Part shown: positions 50,439-60,458 of the stretch, piece by piece
How the letters are laid out: the number at the start of each line of letters is the position of its first letter
Numbering within the stretch: position 1 is the first letter of the stretch
Source: Candidatus Aenigmatarchaeota archaeon
Lineage (GTDB): Archaea; Aenigmatarchaeota; Aenigmatarchaeia; QMZP01; QMZT01
Direction of reading: 5' to 3'
DNA length: 64,000 nt
Assembly: GCA_963726265.1 (NCBI GenBank)
Contig: CAVSBQ010000002.1
Span: forward strand, 128,001 to 192,000
Position numbers and translations under genes: made by a program
Notes under the pieces: generated by a model
What the model saw: only the letters and a program-made list of their open reading frames with translations
Told to the model about the DNA's origin: nothing
Databases searched by the model: none

Positions 50439-53419
50439 TCAATACTCCCTCAGCACCATCTCTTTCTGCCTCTCGTCGACATTCGGGAATGCGCCAAGTA
50501 TATGCTTCAGCTCTTCTTTCGTCACGCCATAAAGCTTCGCCACCATCACATCAAGTTGGGCGCGCGCGAGCGCGCGGTCGCTCTCGCTCGTCACCGGCTC
50601 GACACCAGTAAGCTTCTTGAGCTCGGCGAACTCGTCGGTCATGCAAACGAGCTGAGCCACTTTCCTGACTATGGCCTCAAATTCCTTCCCAGATGACAGG
50701 CGTGGAACGGGAGTTTCCAGGAAGTTGAACATTGTCACATTTGCGCTTACTTTCTGGCGCATGAAATAGTCAAATACAAAGCTATTCGTAACACCGCATA
50801 GGAAGCACAAATGTTTTAGGTCGGGCATTTTTACTATTGCAATAGAATGTCCGCACACATATCCGGGCGGAATTACCGCCGAGATGAACGTCCTGTAATT
50901 AGTTGAACTGGCAATCAAGCGATATGCCATCCAGTAGCCTTTATGATAAATCTTTTCCGGCTTTAGGTTGGCTTCTATATCCCTTTCCAATATTTTGTAT
51001 CTTGGCGTTGGTGCCTCCTTCCATTGATGGGTAAACTGCTCGATATTTTTACCTTCCAGCATGGGCACGCCGAACAGCCCATTCTTAAACAGGTGGCTGT
51101 CGTTGGTCATGTGGAAGCCGCTTTGCAGTTGGACGTTCCACGTTCCGGAAATATCCCTCCCGAGCGGTGGATGCCTGAGTAGCTTCTGAACGATTTCAAG
51201 GTCTTTCGGGCTTTTGATTTCGAGGACGCTCCATGATGTTGGCGAAGAGGAGCGCACGAAATCCACGTCCATGATAGTAGGGCTTTTGATTGCCCGCTCT
51301 AGGTCTTCCGGTGTGTGCAGGAAGAAGGCGCATGGGAAGGACTGCGTTTTGCCGCCTTTCTGGAATGACACCAAAGCGAATTTCCATCTTTGATCTATAT
51401 CAGGGAAGATAAACTTGCGATTTTCGAAGGAGTAAAGTTTCCTGAGCTGGCAATGTTCGAATAGCATAGTCCTCAAACCCTAGCACCGAGGTCGGTGTAT
51501 ATTCCGCTCGGCAGAACCAGCTCTGCTATGCCGCCGTTCTTGAGTAGCATGTGCGCTTTTTCTGTGAAGAGTTTGTAGAGGTCGAGGTCGCTCGAGACCT
51601 TCCGGCCTTCGCTCTCGGCGGACTGGAAATTGAAGTTTTCCCTGAAGTAATCGGAGAGCATGTCGTATTCATCGTTCTTGTGTTGCCAGCTTATCCTTAT
51701 AGATTTGCGCTTCAGAAGTTCCTCCATTTCCTTTTTCGCTTCCTGCGTTGGCAAACTCTTGAATCCCGGATAAAAACGCTCAAAGAACTCCTGCGAGTCC
51801 GGTTTTCATTTTTCCCACGGAGGGTTGCCGATGACGATGTCGAAGCCTCCCTGTTCATGTATTAGTGGGAAATCCTTTTCCATCCTTAAAGGCTCATGCT
51901 GCTTAAACATCCTTCTCATTTCGACGTCTACATTTCCAGAAACAAGCGAATTTCTTCTAATAATGTTAGGCCTAGGCAATTTCTTAGGCGTGCCTATAGC
52001 CCGCAGGAAAAGGTTCAGCTTCGTGAGCTCTACTGCCTTCTGGTCGATGTCAATCCCATAAAGGCATTTCTCGATAACATCATCAAGAAATCCGAAACCT
52101 GTCCGGCTATCAAATTCAGGACTTGCATCCGAATCGTCGCCGCCATTCTTGCGCTCGAACTCTTCAAACCACATCTTGAACTCTTCAAATGCTTGGACAA
52201 GGAACGTCCCGGAGCCGCACGCCGGGTCAATTACGCGTATTTTTAGCGCGTCGTCGGGCGTTCTGCATTTCTTGAGCCTCTCGCCAAGCGTTGAGCTGAT
52301 AAGATAATCCACTAAAAATTCGGGGGTATAATATATTCCTCCCTGCTTTCTGACGAACGCATCCTTCTCAATGCCTGTACGCTTCTCGGTCTGTGTTACT
52401 TTATAGGACAAATAGTTTTCGTAAGCATGGCCTAGTATGTCGGTTCCTATGGCTTCAAAACGATAGGTAAGCTTGGTTTTGTTGTGGACGTAAAAGGATT
52501 TCAATATTGGCACAAAATCGTCGTTCTTCAGACCGATTCCGTCTATTCTGTGCTCGTCGAATATCGTGCTGTCATATCTCTTCTTCATCGCCCGCCAGAA
52601 GTCGATTAGATATTCCTTGTAAAACTGAATGCGTTTGTCCGTACTTTCCCATTTCTCGATCACGTCCCTCAACCTGAACTCGTGGTTTGCGCTGTTGTCC
52701 TCCGCCATCCTGCAGAATATGATTCTGTCGAGAACGTGTTGGACACAGACGTCCAAGGATTTTTCTTCGTCCATGCTATCGTCCTCGAATAGGTCCAAGT
52801 TCTGCTCTTTCATGGCCTTCGAAAGCTTTTTCCTTATTTCAATCAGCTGGTCTGTGAGCAGGTCCTCAATGCTTTCGCTCTCTTTCCACTTCTTGTGCTT
52901 TTTAGCGTATTCATCCAGCGCAGGACCGCCGTTTTCCTTTGAGAAAAGCAGGAGCCATTTCATATATTCGGCGTTCTCAACACAGCCTCCAAGGTCGAAC
53001 TCGAACAATTCGGCATGTTCCGGCTCGTCATAATAATCAGAATTGAACACTCTCCACTTGGTAAAGTTTGTAAGCACTACCCATCGCATGCCTCCATTCT
53101 TGCCGTATTCCAGCGCCTGTTTTATGTGCTCGGGGTTGTGGAGATTGTCTGAAAACTTTTTTACCTCCATGTAAAACGAAGGCCTTATGTCGCCGGGCCG
53201 CTTGAAGGCGTAGTCCACCCTAGTTGTTTTTACGCCTGACCTGATTTTCTTTTGGGGCCTTACCTCTTTGCTAAGCCATTCCCAGCCCATAGCCTCAAAA
53301 AGATTCCTGATGAATTCTTCTGTGCGCTTTTCAGATTCAGTATTTTTATTTGGAAGCGAGTTATATTTCGCAAATAGTTTCCTAATTTCGATTTTTAAGG
53401 CTTCCTCTCTTTCTGGCAT
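50439..53419 (-). pseudogene. Type IIG/Eco57I-like fused restriction endonuclease / N6-adenine methyltransferase, disrupted
   Basis: VDY...MEVK nuclease, GIYYTP, DPACGSG, GNPPW; in-frame TGA at 51806-51808 and a 1-nt deletion near 51480. Confidence 0.85.
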
Positions 53420-53631
53420 GCATTTATTTTTTATTCATGACTTAAAATCCTTGCGTTTAAACTTATGCGCATTATGGGCGAGCCCTGCGAGTAAAATATT
53501 AATAAACGCGAATAGATGAGATGAAAATATTGCCGATAATAATTTGCAAAATGGGCTCAAACAAAAATCTTTATAAGCATAAACAGCAATATATAAACAG
53601 ACCTACAGCGCTACGTTTTGCGTCGCTGGCT

Positions 53632-53643
53632 TGCTCTCAGCGT
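53632..53643 (+). repeat. att-like direct repeat of the tRNA-Ser 3' end
   Basis: TGCTCTCAGCGT identical to 49498-49509. Confidence 0.75.
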
Positions 53644-53681
53644 AAAAGGCATTATGTGGCGCTAAGCTTGATTCTCAGATA

Positions 53682-55562
53682 TTAAATGCCGATAACGATG
53701 CAGTCGTTTAGTGTATAGATTTCGACGTCAATCTGCTCCAGCTCCTGGGTCTGGTTCGACACGACGGCATCGATACTCTTTACTTCCATCCTTATGTCGG
53801 TCGTGTAATTCCCGTTGTATACCGGATAGGGGCCTCCCTCCTGCCATGTATATGCTTTTGTTCCGTTGAGGGTCTCGATGGTGAAGTAGGCCATTTCAGG
53901 CGGGCCACGGACGTAGCCGACCAGCTTTACCGTGTAATATTCATTCCCGAATCTCATGTATCGGCCAGCGCCTATTTGAGAAAGTTCCACCGTGCAGCCG
54001 GTTTCGTTCTTGCATATCCCGCTTCTGCAGCCCAGTGGACATTGGTAGTCGTACGCGCTATAGCCATCCGGATTCGTGCTGTTGCAGTAAAATTCCTTGA
54101 GCCAGCAGTTGCTTCCGAAACATTCTCCGGCGAGAATCGGCTCCCCGACGACGAAGAAGCATACGTCCATTTCTCCTATTTCTTCGTCATTCATATCGAG
54201 GTATCCCTTCTTGTAATAATCCTTGCCGTTGTCGGTATCCTCGCAGACCTTTTCCGTCTGGTTCTGAAGAATGCATCTGGCGTCTTCGCACTCGTAACCC
54301 TGCGGGCAGTTCACAGTTTCCACCTTTATCTCGTTGTTTTCGCAGTATTTCTCCGTCAAGGTTCCATCTTCGTTGCAGTAGTCCGTGAGCGACTGCGTAC
54401 CGAACTCGACCGTGCCTTTTACGTAATAGTTCTTACCGCTGTCCGAGTCTGTGCAGATGCTCTGACCGCCGCAGTCGATCGCGCACGTGTCTTGGGACTC
54501 GCCGATGTCCAGGGTTATCTGCACGGACTGCCCTTCTCCGGAATAGCTGGCAAACTTCAGCGGCATGCCAGAAACTTTCAACGTGCTGCCCTTCCCCATC
54601 TCCTTGCTCACGCCGTCGAGCATTATCACGACCGTGTGAGTGTAAGGTGCGAAGCTCGAAAACTTGACCGTGTGCGCATTCCCGTAAAAAGTGAAATTGT
54701 ATTCCTCGTTCAGCTGCAGGGTTTTTTCGATCGACTCGCAGACGCCGTCTCCGCAGCCCGCACAATGAGATCTGTCGACTATGTCCTTGCCTCCGCCGAC
54801 GAAATTCTCCGGTACCTTGCATTCCTCGGCCGTCGTCCACTCATAAGTTTCGCAGCACTTCACCATCTGGTCTCCGTAACCGTACGATTCGCAGCAGACC
54901 TTCTCTTCATTTCCTGTAGTCTTGCACGCGCCGCTCTCGCAGCCGTTCGCACAGTATTCTTTCTTGCTTTCCTTGTTGCTGCAGCTGTCATACCAGTAAA
55001 CATGACCTTCATAACATTTGATTTCCGCGTGCTTGATGCAGCCTTCCTGGCCGGCTGCCGCCTTGCAGAAGCCGTTTTCGCAGCCGTTCTGGCAATACTC
55101 CTTCTTCTCCTCCTTGTGGCCGCAGGCATCGAACCAGTAGACGTGCTCGCCGTAGCATTTCGCCTCAGCGTGCGACTTGCAGTCCGTTATCGGCTCGCCG
55201 GGCTTGGAGATGGTCTTGTTCAGGCCGCCGCCGTATTTGACCGCGCATTCGATGTTCTTCGTCTCCCAGTCTACCCAGGCAATCGCTTTCAGGCCGCTGT
55301 CCGGGTCGTCGATGCTTATCCTGTAATATTCCTTTGCTGTCATATAGGGGTTGCCGCATTCCGCGCTGATGTTCTCAAGTATCTGGCCGCTCTGCTCGGC
55401 GGTGAAATGGGTGACCGTTATCTTCGCGTTGGGATACTGCTCCATGAACTGTTTGACCAGGGGATTCGCCATAGCGAGCGCCTCGGGGCTGATGTTAAGA
55501 CAACCGGACAAAAAAACAACACAAATCAAAAGAGAACCTAAAACCAAATTGATTTTTTTCAT
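53682..55562 (-). CDS. Secreted/lipoprotein Cys-rich repeat surface protein
   Basis: LSGC lipobox-like signal; two HAE.KCY..HVYW.D.C..KE.KKEYC repeats; two C.D.D.GK.YY.KG repeats. Confidence 0.8.
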   Translation of the reverse strand: MKKINLVLGSLLICVVFLSGCLNISPEALAMANPLVKQFMEQYPNAKITVTHFTAEQSGQILENISAECGNPYMTAKEYYRISIDDPDSGLKAIAWVDWETKNIECAVKYGGGLNKTISKPGEPITDCKSHAEAKCYGEHVYWFDACGHKEEKKEYCQNGCENGFCKAAAGQEGCIKHAEIKCYEGHVYWYDSCSNKESKKEYCANGCESGACKTTGNEEKVCCESYGYGDQMVKCCETYEWTTAEECKVPENFVGGGKDIVDRSHCAGCGDGVCESIEKTLQLNEEYNFTFYGNAHTVKFSSFAPYTHTVVIMLDGVSKEMGKGSTLKVSGMPLKFASYSGEGQSVQITLDIGESQDTCAIDCGGQSICTDSDSGKNYYVKGTVEFGTQSLTDYCNEDGTLTEKYCENNEIKVETVNCPQGYECEDARCILQNQTEKVCEDTDNGKDYYKKGYLDMNDEEIGEMDVCFFVVGEPILAGECFGSNCWLKEFYCNSTNPDGYSAYDYQCPLGCRSGICKNETGCTVELSQIGAGRYMRFGNEYYTVKLVGYVRGPPEMAYFTIETLNGTKAYTWQEGGPYPVYNGNYTTDIRMEVKSIDAVVSNQTQELEQIDVEIYTLNDCIVIGI

Positions 55563-55647
55563 ATTAAATAGTTTGTCAAATATGTTAATAAACGTCCCGC
55601 ACGCGCCTGTTTTTTATTTATTAGGTGGTTCAGTGGAAGTATATAAT

Positions 55648-56022
55648 ATGATAGACATCAACTTCAAGGGGTTGAGCACCGAAGCGACGATAGCAAAAGT
55701 GCTTATTCTCGTGGGTTTGTTGCTGAAGGTAGTTGGAGTGATAGTGATATTCGGCGGCATCGTGCCGGTAACGAATGTCAGCATGACCCTCGGAATAGCG
55801 CCTTTCACGTGGGTGCTGGCAGGAGCCCTGACGGCGTTTGGCCTGCTCGGAATAGCGGGCATAATAGTCCTTTGGAAAGGCATGAGCAAATTCAAGGCAA
55901 AGGATTATCAGGGAGTGGCCATATTCGCGCTCATAGCAGCATTCCTTCCGCCCATCGGCGCACCGGAACTCATAGGAGCAGTTCTTCTCCTGATAAGCCC
56001 TGAAATGAAAAAGGGAAAGTAA
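55648..56022 (+). CDS. Membrane protein
   Basis: Several TM segments; start taken at internal ATG of ORF 55351-56022. Confidence 0.65.
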   Translation: MIDINFKGLSTEATIAKVLILVGLLLKVVGVIVIFGGIVPVTNVSMTLGIAPFTWVLAGALTAFGLLGIAGIIVLWKGMSKFKAKDYQGVAIFALIAAFLPPIGAPELIGAVLLLISPEMKKGK

Positions 56023-56152
56023 AGGCTTAACAGGACCGGAAAATAAAGGATTTGTTTACTTCTTTTTATTGACTGATTTAGCCGCTGGACCGTAAACCAA
56101 AAACCCTTTTATTATATTCTAGTATATTATAGTAGAACATTTCGCTGGTCAT

Positions 56153-56264
56153 GCGCCGATAGTCTAGCCTGGTAGGACACGGGCTTCCCAAGCCTGTAAC
56201 CCGGGTTCAAAAGGCGAATGACGCGGATTTCATCCGCGTCCGTCTGAAGCTCCCGGTCGGCGCA
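56153..56264 (+). tRNA. tRNA-Gly(CCC) with 39-nt intron at 59/60 (56212-56250)
   Basis: Acceptor GCGCCGA/TCGGCGC+A; CGGGC-TTCCCAA-GCCTG; strict BHB with TTCA/TGAA helix, bulges AA|A and GC|T. Confidence 0.93.
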
Positions 56265-56272
56265 TCAGAAGC

Positions 56273-57199
56273 TCAGCCTCCGAGATAAGGCATGAGCCTG
56301 TTCTGCCTGGAGCCGTAACCTCTCATCGAGAGCAGGTTCTGCACATGCGCCGGCAGGCGCGCCCTGTCGATGGTGGGATCGTTCTCTACGGCGAATGAAT
56401 CGTATCTCTCCCCTCCGCCTCCGCAGCCGGATTCCTGTTCGGTGGCGAGTCTCCATTCCACGGCCTCGTTCTTCCTGATTTTCTGCTCCTCTATGCCCAT
56501 GTCACCTATCCTTTCCTCGCCGGTTTCCCTGTCTATTATCCAGTATTCCCAGTATCTCGCCTTCCCCGTGGCGGGGTCGATTTCGCCGTCCCTTTTCCCG
56601 TCTATCGAGGTCACGTAGGCGGTCCTGAACTTGTCATCATGTTTCGTTTCGACGCGCATGCCGTTGTAGGGCATGGCCTTTGTGGTGAGCTCGTAGACCG
56701 TCTCTTCCTTGCCGCTGCCCTCCATGAATACGCGCTGGTATGTCCACTGGTTATTGAAGAAGACGGGATCCTCGTATTTCACGTTCGTGACGTCCGGCCT
56801 GGCCGCAGCCAGCCGGGACTGCTCGTCTTTGTAGTCGACGTTTTCGGAAAAATTAAGAATTGCGTTGTCAATAAAACCCTCTTTCGTTTCCGGCGTTACC
56901 GAGCCCGCTGCCAAGAGATAGTCCACGACCTTCCTCTTGAAAACCTCCCGATAATCATTCAGCTCCTCGGCCTCTTCCTCCCATTCCACTTCATCTTCGT
57001 CCCTGCGGACGTAATCGGTTTTCTTCCTCTTTTTCTTCCTCGAGCCGAGCTCCTCTTTCAGCATCTCCACAAGAGCCTTGTTGAGTTCCATCGCGCGCGC
57101 TTTCGCCGGCGAAGCCTTGAATGCCAGCGCCTCTTGGAGGCTGAAACCTGAATCGGAAAAGTCATCGGACATGACATCAAGAAGCGATAATTTTCTCAT
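56273..57199 (-). CDS. Hypothetical protein with DUF4430-like (beta-grasp) domain
   Basis: TVYELT...YVTSIDG...YWEYWI...IRKNEAVEWR pattern; no signal peptide. Confidence 0.6.
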   Translation of the reverse strand: MRKLSLLDVMSDDFSDSGFSLQEALAFKASPAKARAMELNKALVEMLKEELGSRKKKRKKTDYVRRDEDEVEWEEEAEELNDYREVFKRKVVDYLLAAGSVTPETKEGFIDNAILNFSENVDYKDEQSRLAAARPDVTNVKYEDPVFFNNQWTYQRVFMEGSGKEETVYELTTKAMPYNGMRVETKHDDKFRTAYVTSIDGKRDGEIDPATGKARYWEYWIIDRETGEERIGDMGIEEQKIRKNEAVEWRLATEQESGCGGGGERYDSFAVENDPTIDRARLPAHVQNLLSMRGYGSRQNRLMPYLGG

Positions 57200-57303
57200 G
57201 CATTAAAAATGTTTCGCTGGTTTAAATGATTTGGTGCTGCCGGCGCAAATTTTCTTTTTATAATCGGACGCCAAAATTAAACCAGATAAAAAGGAGGTAA
57301 AAC

Positions 57304-57747
57304 ATGGCTGAATACGCGGGCGTATTGCACAGGATTCTGGCAGTGATAATAGACCACGTAATTCTGGGCATAGTGGCGCTTATCATAGCGATGCCGCTGG
57401 GCTTTTCCACGATGATGTTCTCGGTAGCCAGCGTTAACCCCATGGCCATGGCCGCGAACATGTTCTCGTGGATGGCGTTTGGAGTCGTCATATTCATAAT
57501 ATGGCTTCTCTACTTCCCCTACTTCGAGAGCAAGACGGGCCAGACTCTTGGCAAGAAAGTGATGGGCATAAAGGTCACGAAAGAGGACGGCAAGGCGCTG
57601 ACCTTCGGCGACGCGCTGATAAGGACTGTTCTGAGGATCATAGACGGCCTGGGCGGTTACGTGCTTGGACTGATAGTGATCCTGGTGTCGCAGAAGAAGC
57701 AGAGGATAGGCGACATGGCTGCCAAGACGATTGTGGTGAAGGCTTGA
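57304..57747 (+). CDS. RDD family membrane protein
   Basis: RILAVIID, GQTLGKK, QRIGDMAAKTIVV; AGGAGG RBS. Confidence 0.9.
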   Translation: MAEYAGVLHRILAVIIDHVILGIVALIIAMPLGFSTMMFSVASVNPMAMAANMFSWMAFGVVIFIIWLLYFPYFESKTGQTLGKKVMGIKVTKEDGKALTFGDALIRTVLRIIDGLGGYVLGLIVILVSQKKQRIGDMAAKTIVVKA

Positions 57748-57945
57748 TTTTTTGCCTTTTCCTTTAATTTTTATTTAGCATTAGCAGTGGTAATACTGTT
57801 TACTAAACAATATATTTAACTGGTTCTGTTCAATATATTATATTACAGGGGTTCGAAACCTGAAAACATAATCATCGAGTCTTGCTGAGGGCTTGGGGTA
57901 TTGGAGTGTCGGGGTAGCAGAGAAGATAGCAGAAAGGTGTTTTTT

Positions 57946-59802
57946 ATGCCGTTCAATCCGGACCTTCTTGAGAAAGAGGGCAGGAAAGTCGTGTTGCTTG
58001 GGAACGAAGCGATTGCGCGCGGCGCGATGGAGGCAGGCATGGGTTTGTGCGCCTGCTATCCGGGGACGCCGAGCTCCGAAGTCGGCATAGCGCTTTCTTC
58101 TGTCGCGAAGCAGGCCGGGTTCTATTTCGAGTGGAGCACGAACGAGAAAGTCGCGACGGAAGTGTGCATAGGGGCGGCATTCTCCGGCGTGCGCGCGCTT
58201 TCCGCCATGAAGCATTTCGGCCTCAACGTGGCGAGCGACTCGCTGCTGCCGATCGCATACACAGGCGTGCCGGGCGCGCTGGTCATAATGGTGGCGGACG
58301 ACCCGCTGGGCCACAGCTCAGCGCAGACCGAGCAGGATACCAGGTTTTATGGAAGGATGGGCAAAATCCCGACGCTGGAGCCGTCCGACACACAAGAAGC
58401 GAAAGACTACACGAAACTCGCTTTCGACATATCCGCCAAATACCAGCTGCCCGTGTTCCTGCGCACGACCACGATGGTTTCCCATTCCGTCGGGACGGTC
58501 AAGCTCGGGAAGATGCCTGCGGTGCGGAAGACGAAAGGGAGGTTTGTCAAGGACCTGGAAAGGTTCAACTGCATCCCGCCCAGGCTGCAGACGCTGCACC
58601 ATGCCCTCAACAAAAAGCTGGAGCAGATAGAAGTCGCCTACGAACATCTCAACCGGGCAGAAGGCGCGGGGACGACCGGGATTCTCACGAGCGGGGTTTC
58701 CTACCAGTACGCGAAGGAGCTTGGCTTGAAAGGAGTGAGGATAGGCAAGATAGGCATGACCTACCCGATATCGAGGAAATTCGTCCGGAACTTCATCCGC
58801 GGCCTGAAGAAGATCATAGTTCTTGAAGAGCTTGAACCAGTGGTCGAAAGCTTCGTGCGAATGCTGGCGAAGGACGTCAACCCGTCGCTCGAGATACACG
58901 GCAAGGATTTGCTGTCGAGGGTCGGCGAATACAATTCCGAGATTATCCTGAAGGCGATTGCGCCGATACTCAAAATAAAGAGCCCTGACTTCACCATGCA
59001 CGAGATGCACCTCAAGAAAGTAACGCTTCCTGTGAGGAAAGCGGTCCTCTGCCCGGGCTGCCCGCACAGGTCGACTTTCTACGCAGTGAAGAAGGTCATG
59101 GGCGAGCAGACCATATGGGGCGGCGACATCGGATGCTACGTCCTCGGCATACAGGAGCCTTTCAAGATGCAGGACTTCATAATCTCAATGGGCTCGAGCA
59201 TCGGCATCTCCCACGGCATACAGATGGTGAGCGACCAGAAAATCGCCCTGTTCATCGGCGACTCGACGTTCTTCCATGCCGGCCTTTCGGGCCTGGCGAA
59301 CACGAAAGCGCACGGCACGAAGCCGCTCGTGGTGATACTTGACAACGGCATCACGGCGATGACGGGCCACCAGCCGAACCCGGGCAGCGATTTCACGGGC
59401 ATGGGCGAGAAGAGGGAGCCGATGAAGATAGAAAATATTGTCAAGGCCTTCGGCATAGACAACATACGCATCGCGAATTCGTTCAGCCAGAAGGAGCTGC
59501 AGGACGCCATAAAGGAGCTGACATCGAAGGACGAGATAGGCGTGCTCATATCGCGCGGGCTGTGCAGGCTTTACATGCACCGCCTGCTGAAGAGGCAGGG
59601 CGGCGAGTTCACGAAGTTCCAGGTCGCGCCAGACAAGTGCAAGAAATGCCTGGCGTGCGTGCACCAGTTCGCGTGCCCGGCCATAATGCACGATGGCAAC
59701 AAGGTCTACATCAGGGAGGACATGTGCTGGGGCTGCGGGGTGTGCGCGCAGATATGCCCCACGGGAGCGATACTGCCGGCGCAGAGGGAGAAAAAAACCT
59801 GA
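57946..59802 (+). CDS. iorA: Indolepyruvate:ferredoxin oxidoreductase alpha subunit
   Basis: GNEAIARG, YPGTPSSE, CPGCPHR, GDIGC, GDSTF, C-terminal ferredoxin cysteines. Confidence 0.93.
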   Translation: MPFNPDLLEKEGRKVVLLGNEAIARGAMEAGMGLCACYPGTPSSEVGIALSSVAKQAGFYFEWSTNEKVATEVCIGAAFSGVRALSAMKHFGLNVASDSLLPIAYTGVPGALVIMVADDPLGHSSAQTEQDTRFYGRMGKIPTLEPSDTQEAKDYTKLAFDISAKYQLPVFLRTTTMVSHSVGTVKLGKMPAVRKTKGRFVKDLERFNCIPPRLQTLHHALNKKLEQIEVAYEHLNRAEGAGTTGILTSGVSYQYAKELGLKGVRIGKIGMTYPISRKFVRNFIRGLKKIIVLEELEPVVESFVRMLAKDVNPSLEIHGKDLLSRVGEYNSEIILKAIAPILKIKSPDFTMHEMHLKKVTLPVRKAVLCPGCPHRSTFYAVKKVMGEQTIWGGDIGCYVLGIQEPFKMQDFIISMGSSIGISHGIQMVSDQKIALFIGDSTFFHAGLSGLANTKAHGTKPLVVILDNGITAMTGHQPNPGSDFTGMGEKREPMKIENIVKAFGIDNIRIANSFSQKELQDAIKELTSKDEIGVLISRGLCRLYMHRLLKRQGGEFTKFQVAPDKCKKCLACVHQFACPAIMHDGNKVYIREDMCWGCGVCAQICPTGAILPAQREKKT

Positions 59803-59825
59803 GGGGAAAAGCGGGAAGTGATTGA

Positions 59826-60413
59826 ATGCTGTGCAACATGCTGATTACGGGCGTGGGAGGCGAGGGAGTCCTGGTCACGTCCGTCATTGTATCGAGGGCG
59901 GCTAATTTCGAAGGTTTCGAAGTCAGGGGAACGCAACTGCACGGCCTCGCCCAGAGGGGCGGCGCTATACCGGCGCACGTCAGGTTCGGCACAAAGGTCT
60001 ACTCGCCGCTCATACCGCGCGGCCAGGCGGACCTGATTTTCGCGCTTGAGCCGCTGGAGGCTGCGAGGTTCTGCTATTTCGCCAGCAGGGAGAGGACCAA
60101 TTTCCTTGTGGACACGTATCCCATGATGCCCGTCTACGCGAACCTCTTCGACCAGCCCTACCCGTCATACGAAAAAATAAAGGCCATGATAAAGCCGTTC
60201 GCCAGGAAGGACATTTTCATCGACGCCTCGAACATATGCTTCAGCAAGCTCGGGGAAGCGGTCTACGGCAACGTGATGATGCTTGGCGTCGCGCTTGCGA
60301 AGGGTATGCTGCCGCTGAAGAAGGAATCTATCATCCAGGCGATAAAGGCGACGATCAAGGAGCCGGAGAAAGACATGCAGGCCTTCAGGCTGGGGCTGGA
60401 CTACAGGGACTGA
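59826..60413 (+). CDS. iorB: Indolepyruvate:ferredoxin oxidoreductase beta subunit
   Basis: GVGGEG, HGLAQRGG, NVMMLG. Confidence 0.9.
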   Translation: MLCNMLITGVGGEGVLVTSVIVSRAANFEGFEVRGTQLHGLAQRGGAIPAHVRFGTKVYSPLIPRGQADLIFALEPLEAARFCYFASRERTNFLVDTYPMMPVYANLFDQPYPSYEKIKAMIKPFARKDIFIDASNICFSKLGEAVYGNVMMLGVALAKGMLPLKKESIIQAIKATIKEPEKDMQAFRLGLDYRD

Positions 60414-60458
60414 AGAATTTTTTTCTGAAAATACGGAAAAGGCAAATGCTTCTGGATT

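Larger units (their letters stand above)
49498..53643. mobile_element. tRNA-Ser-integrated island (~4.1 kb) without an integrase
   Basis: 12-bp direct repeat TGCTCTCAGCGT at 49498-49509 (tRNA 3' end) and 53632-53643; more AT-rich cargo including an RM gene. Confidence 0.75.

Noticed and set aside
51806..51808. In-frame TGA as evidence for an alternative genetic code or selenocysteine
   Set aside because: Many intact genes here end in TGA, and the same gene also has a frameshift; pseudogenisation is simpler.
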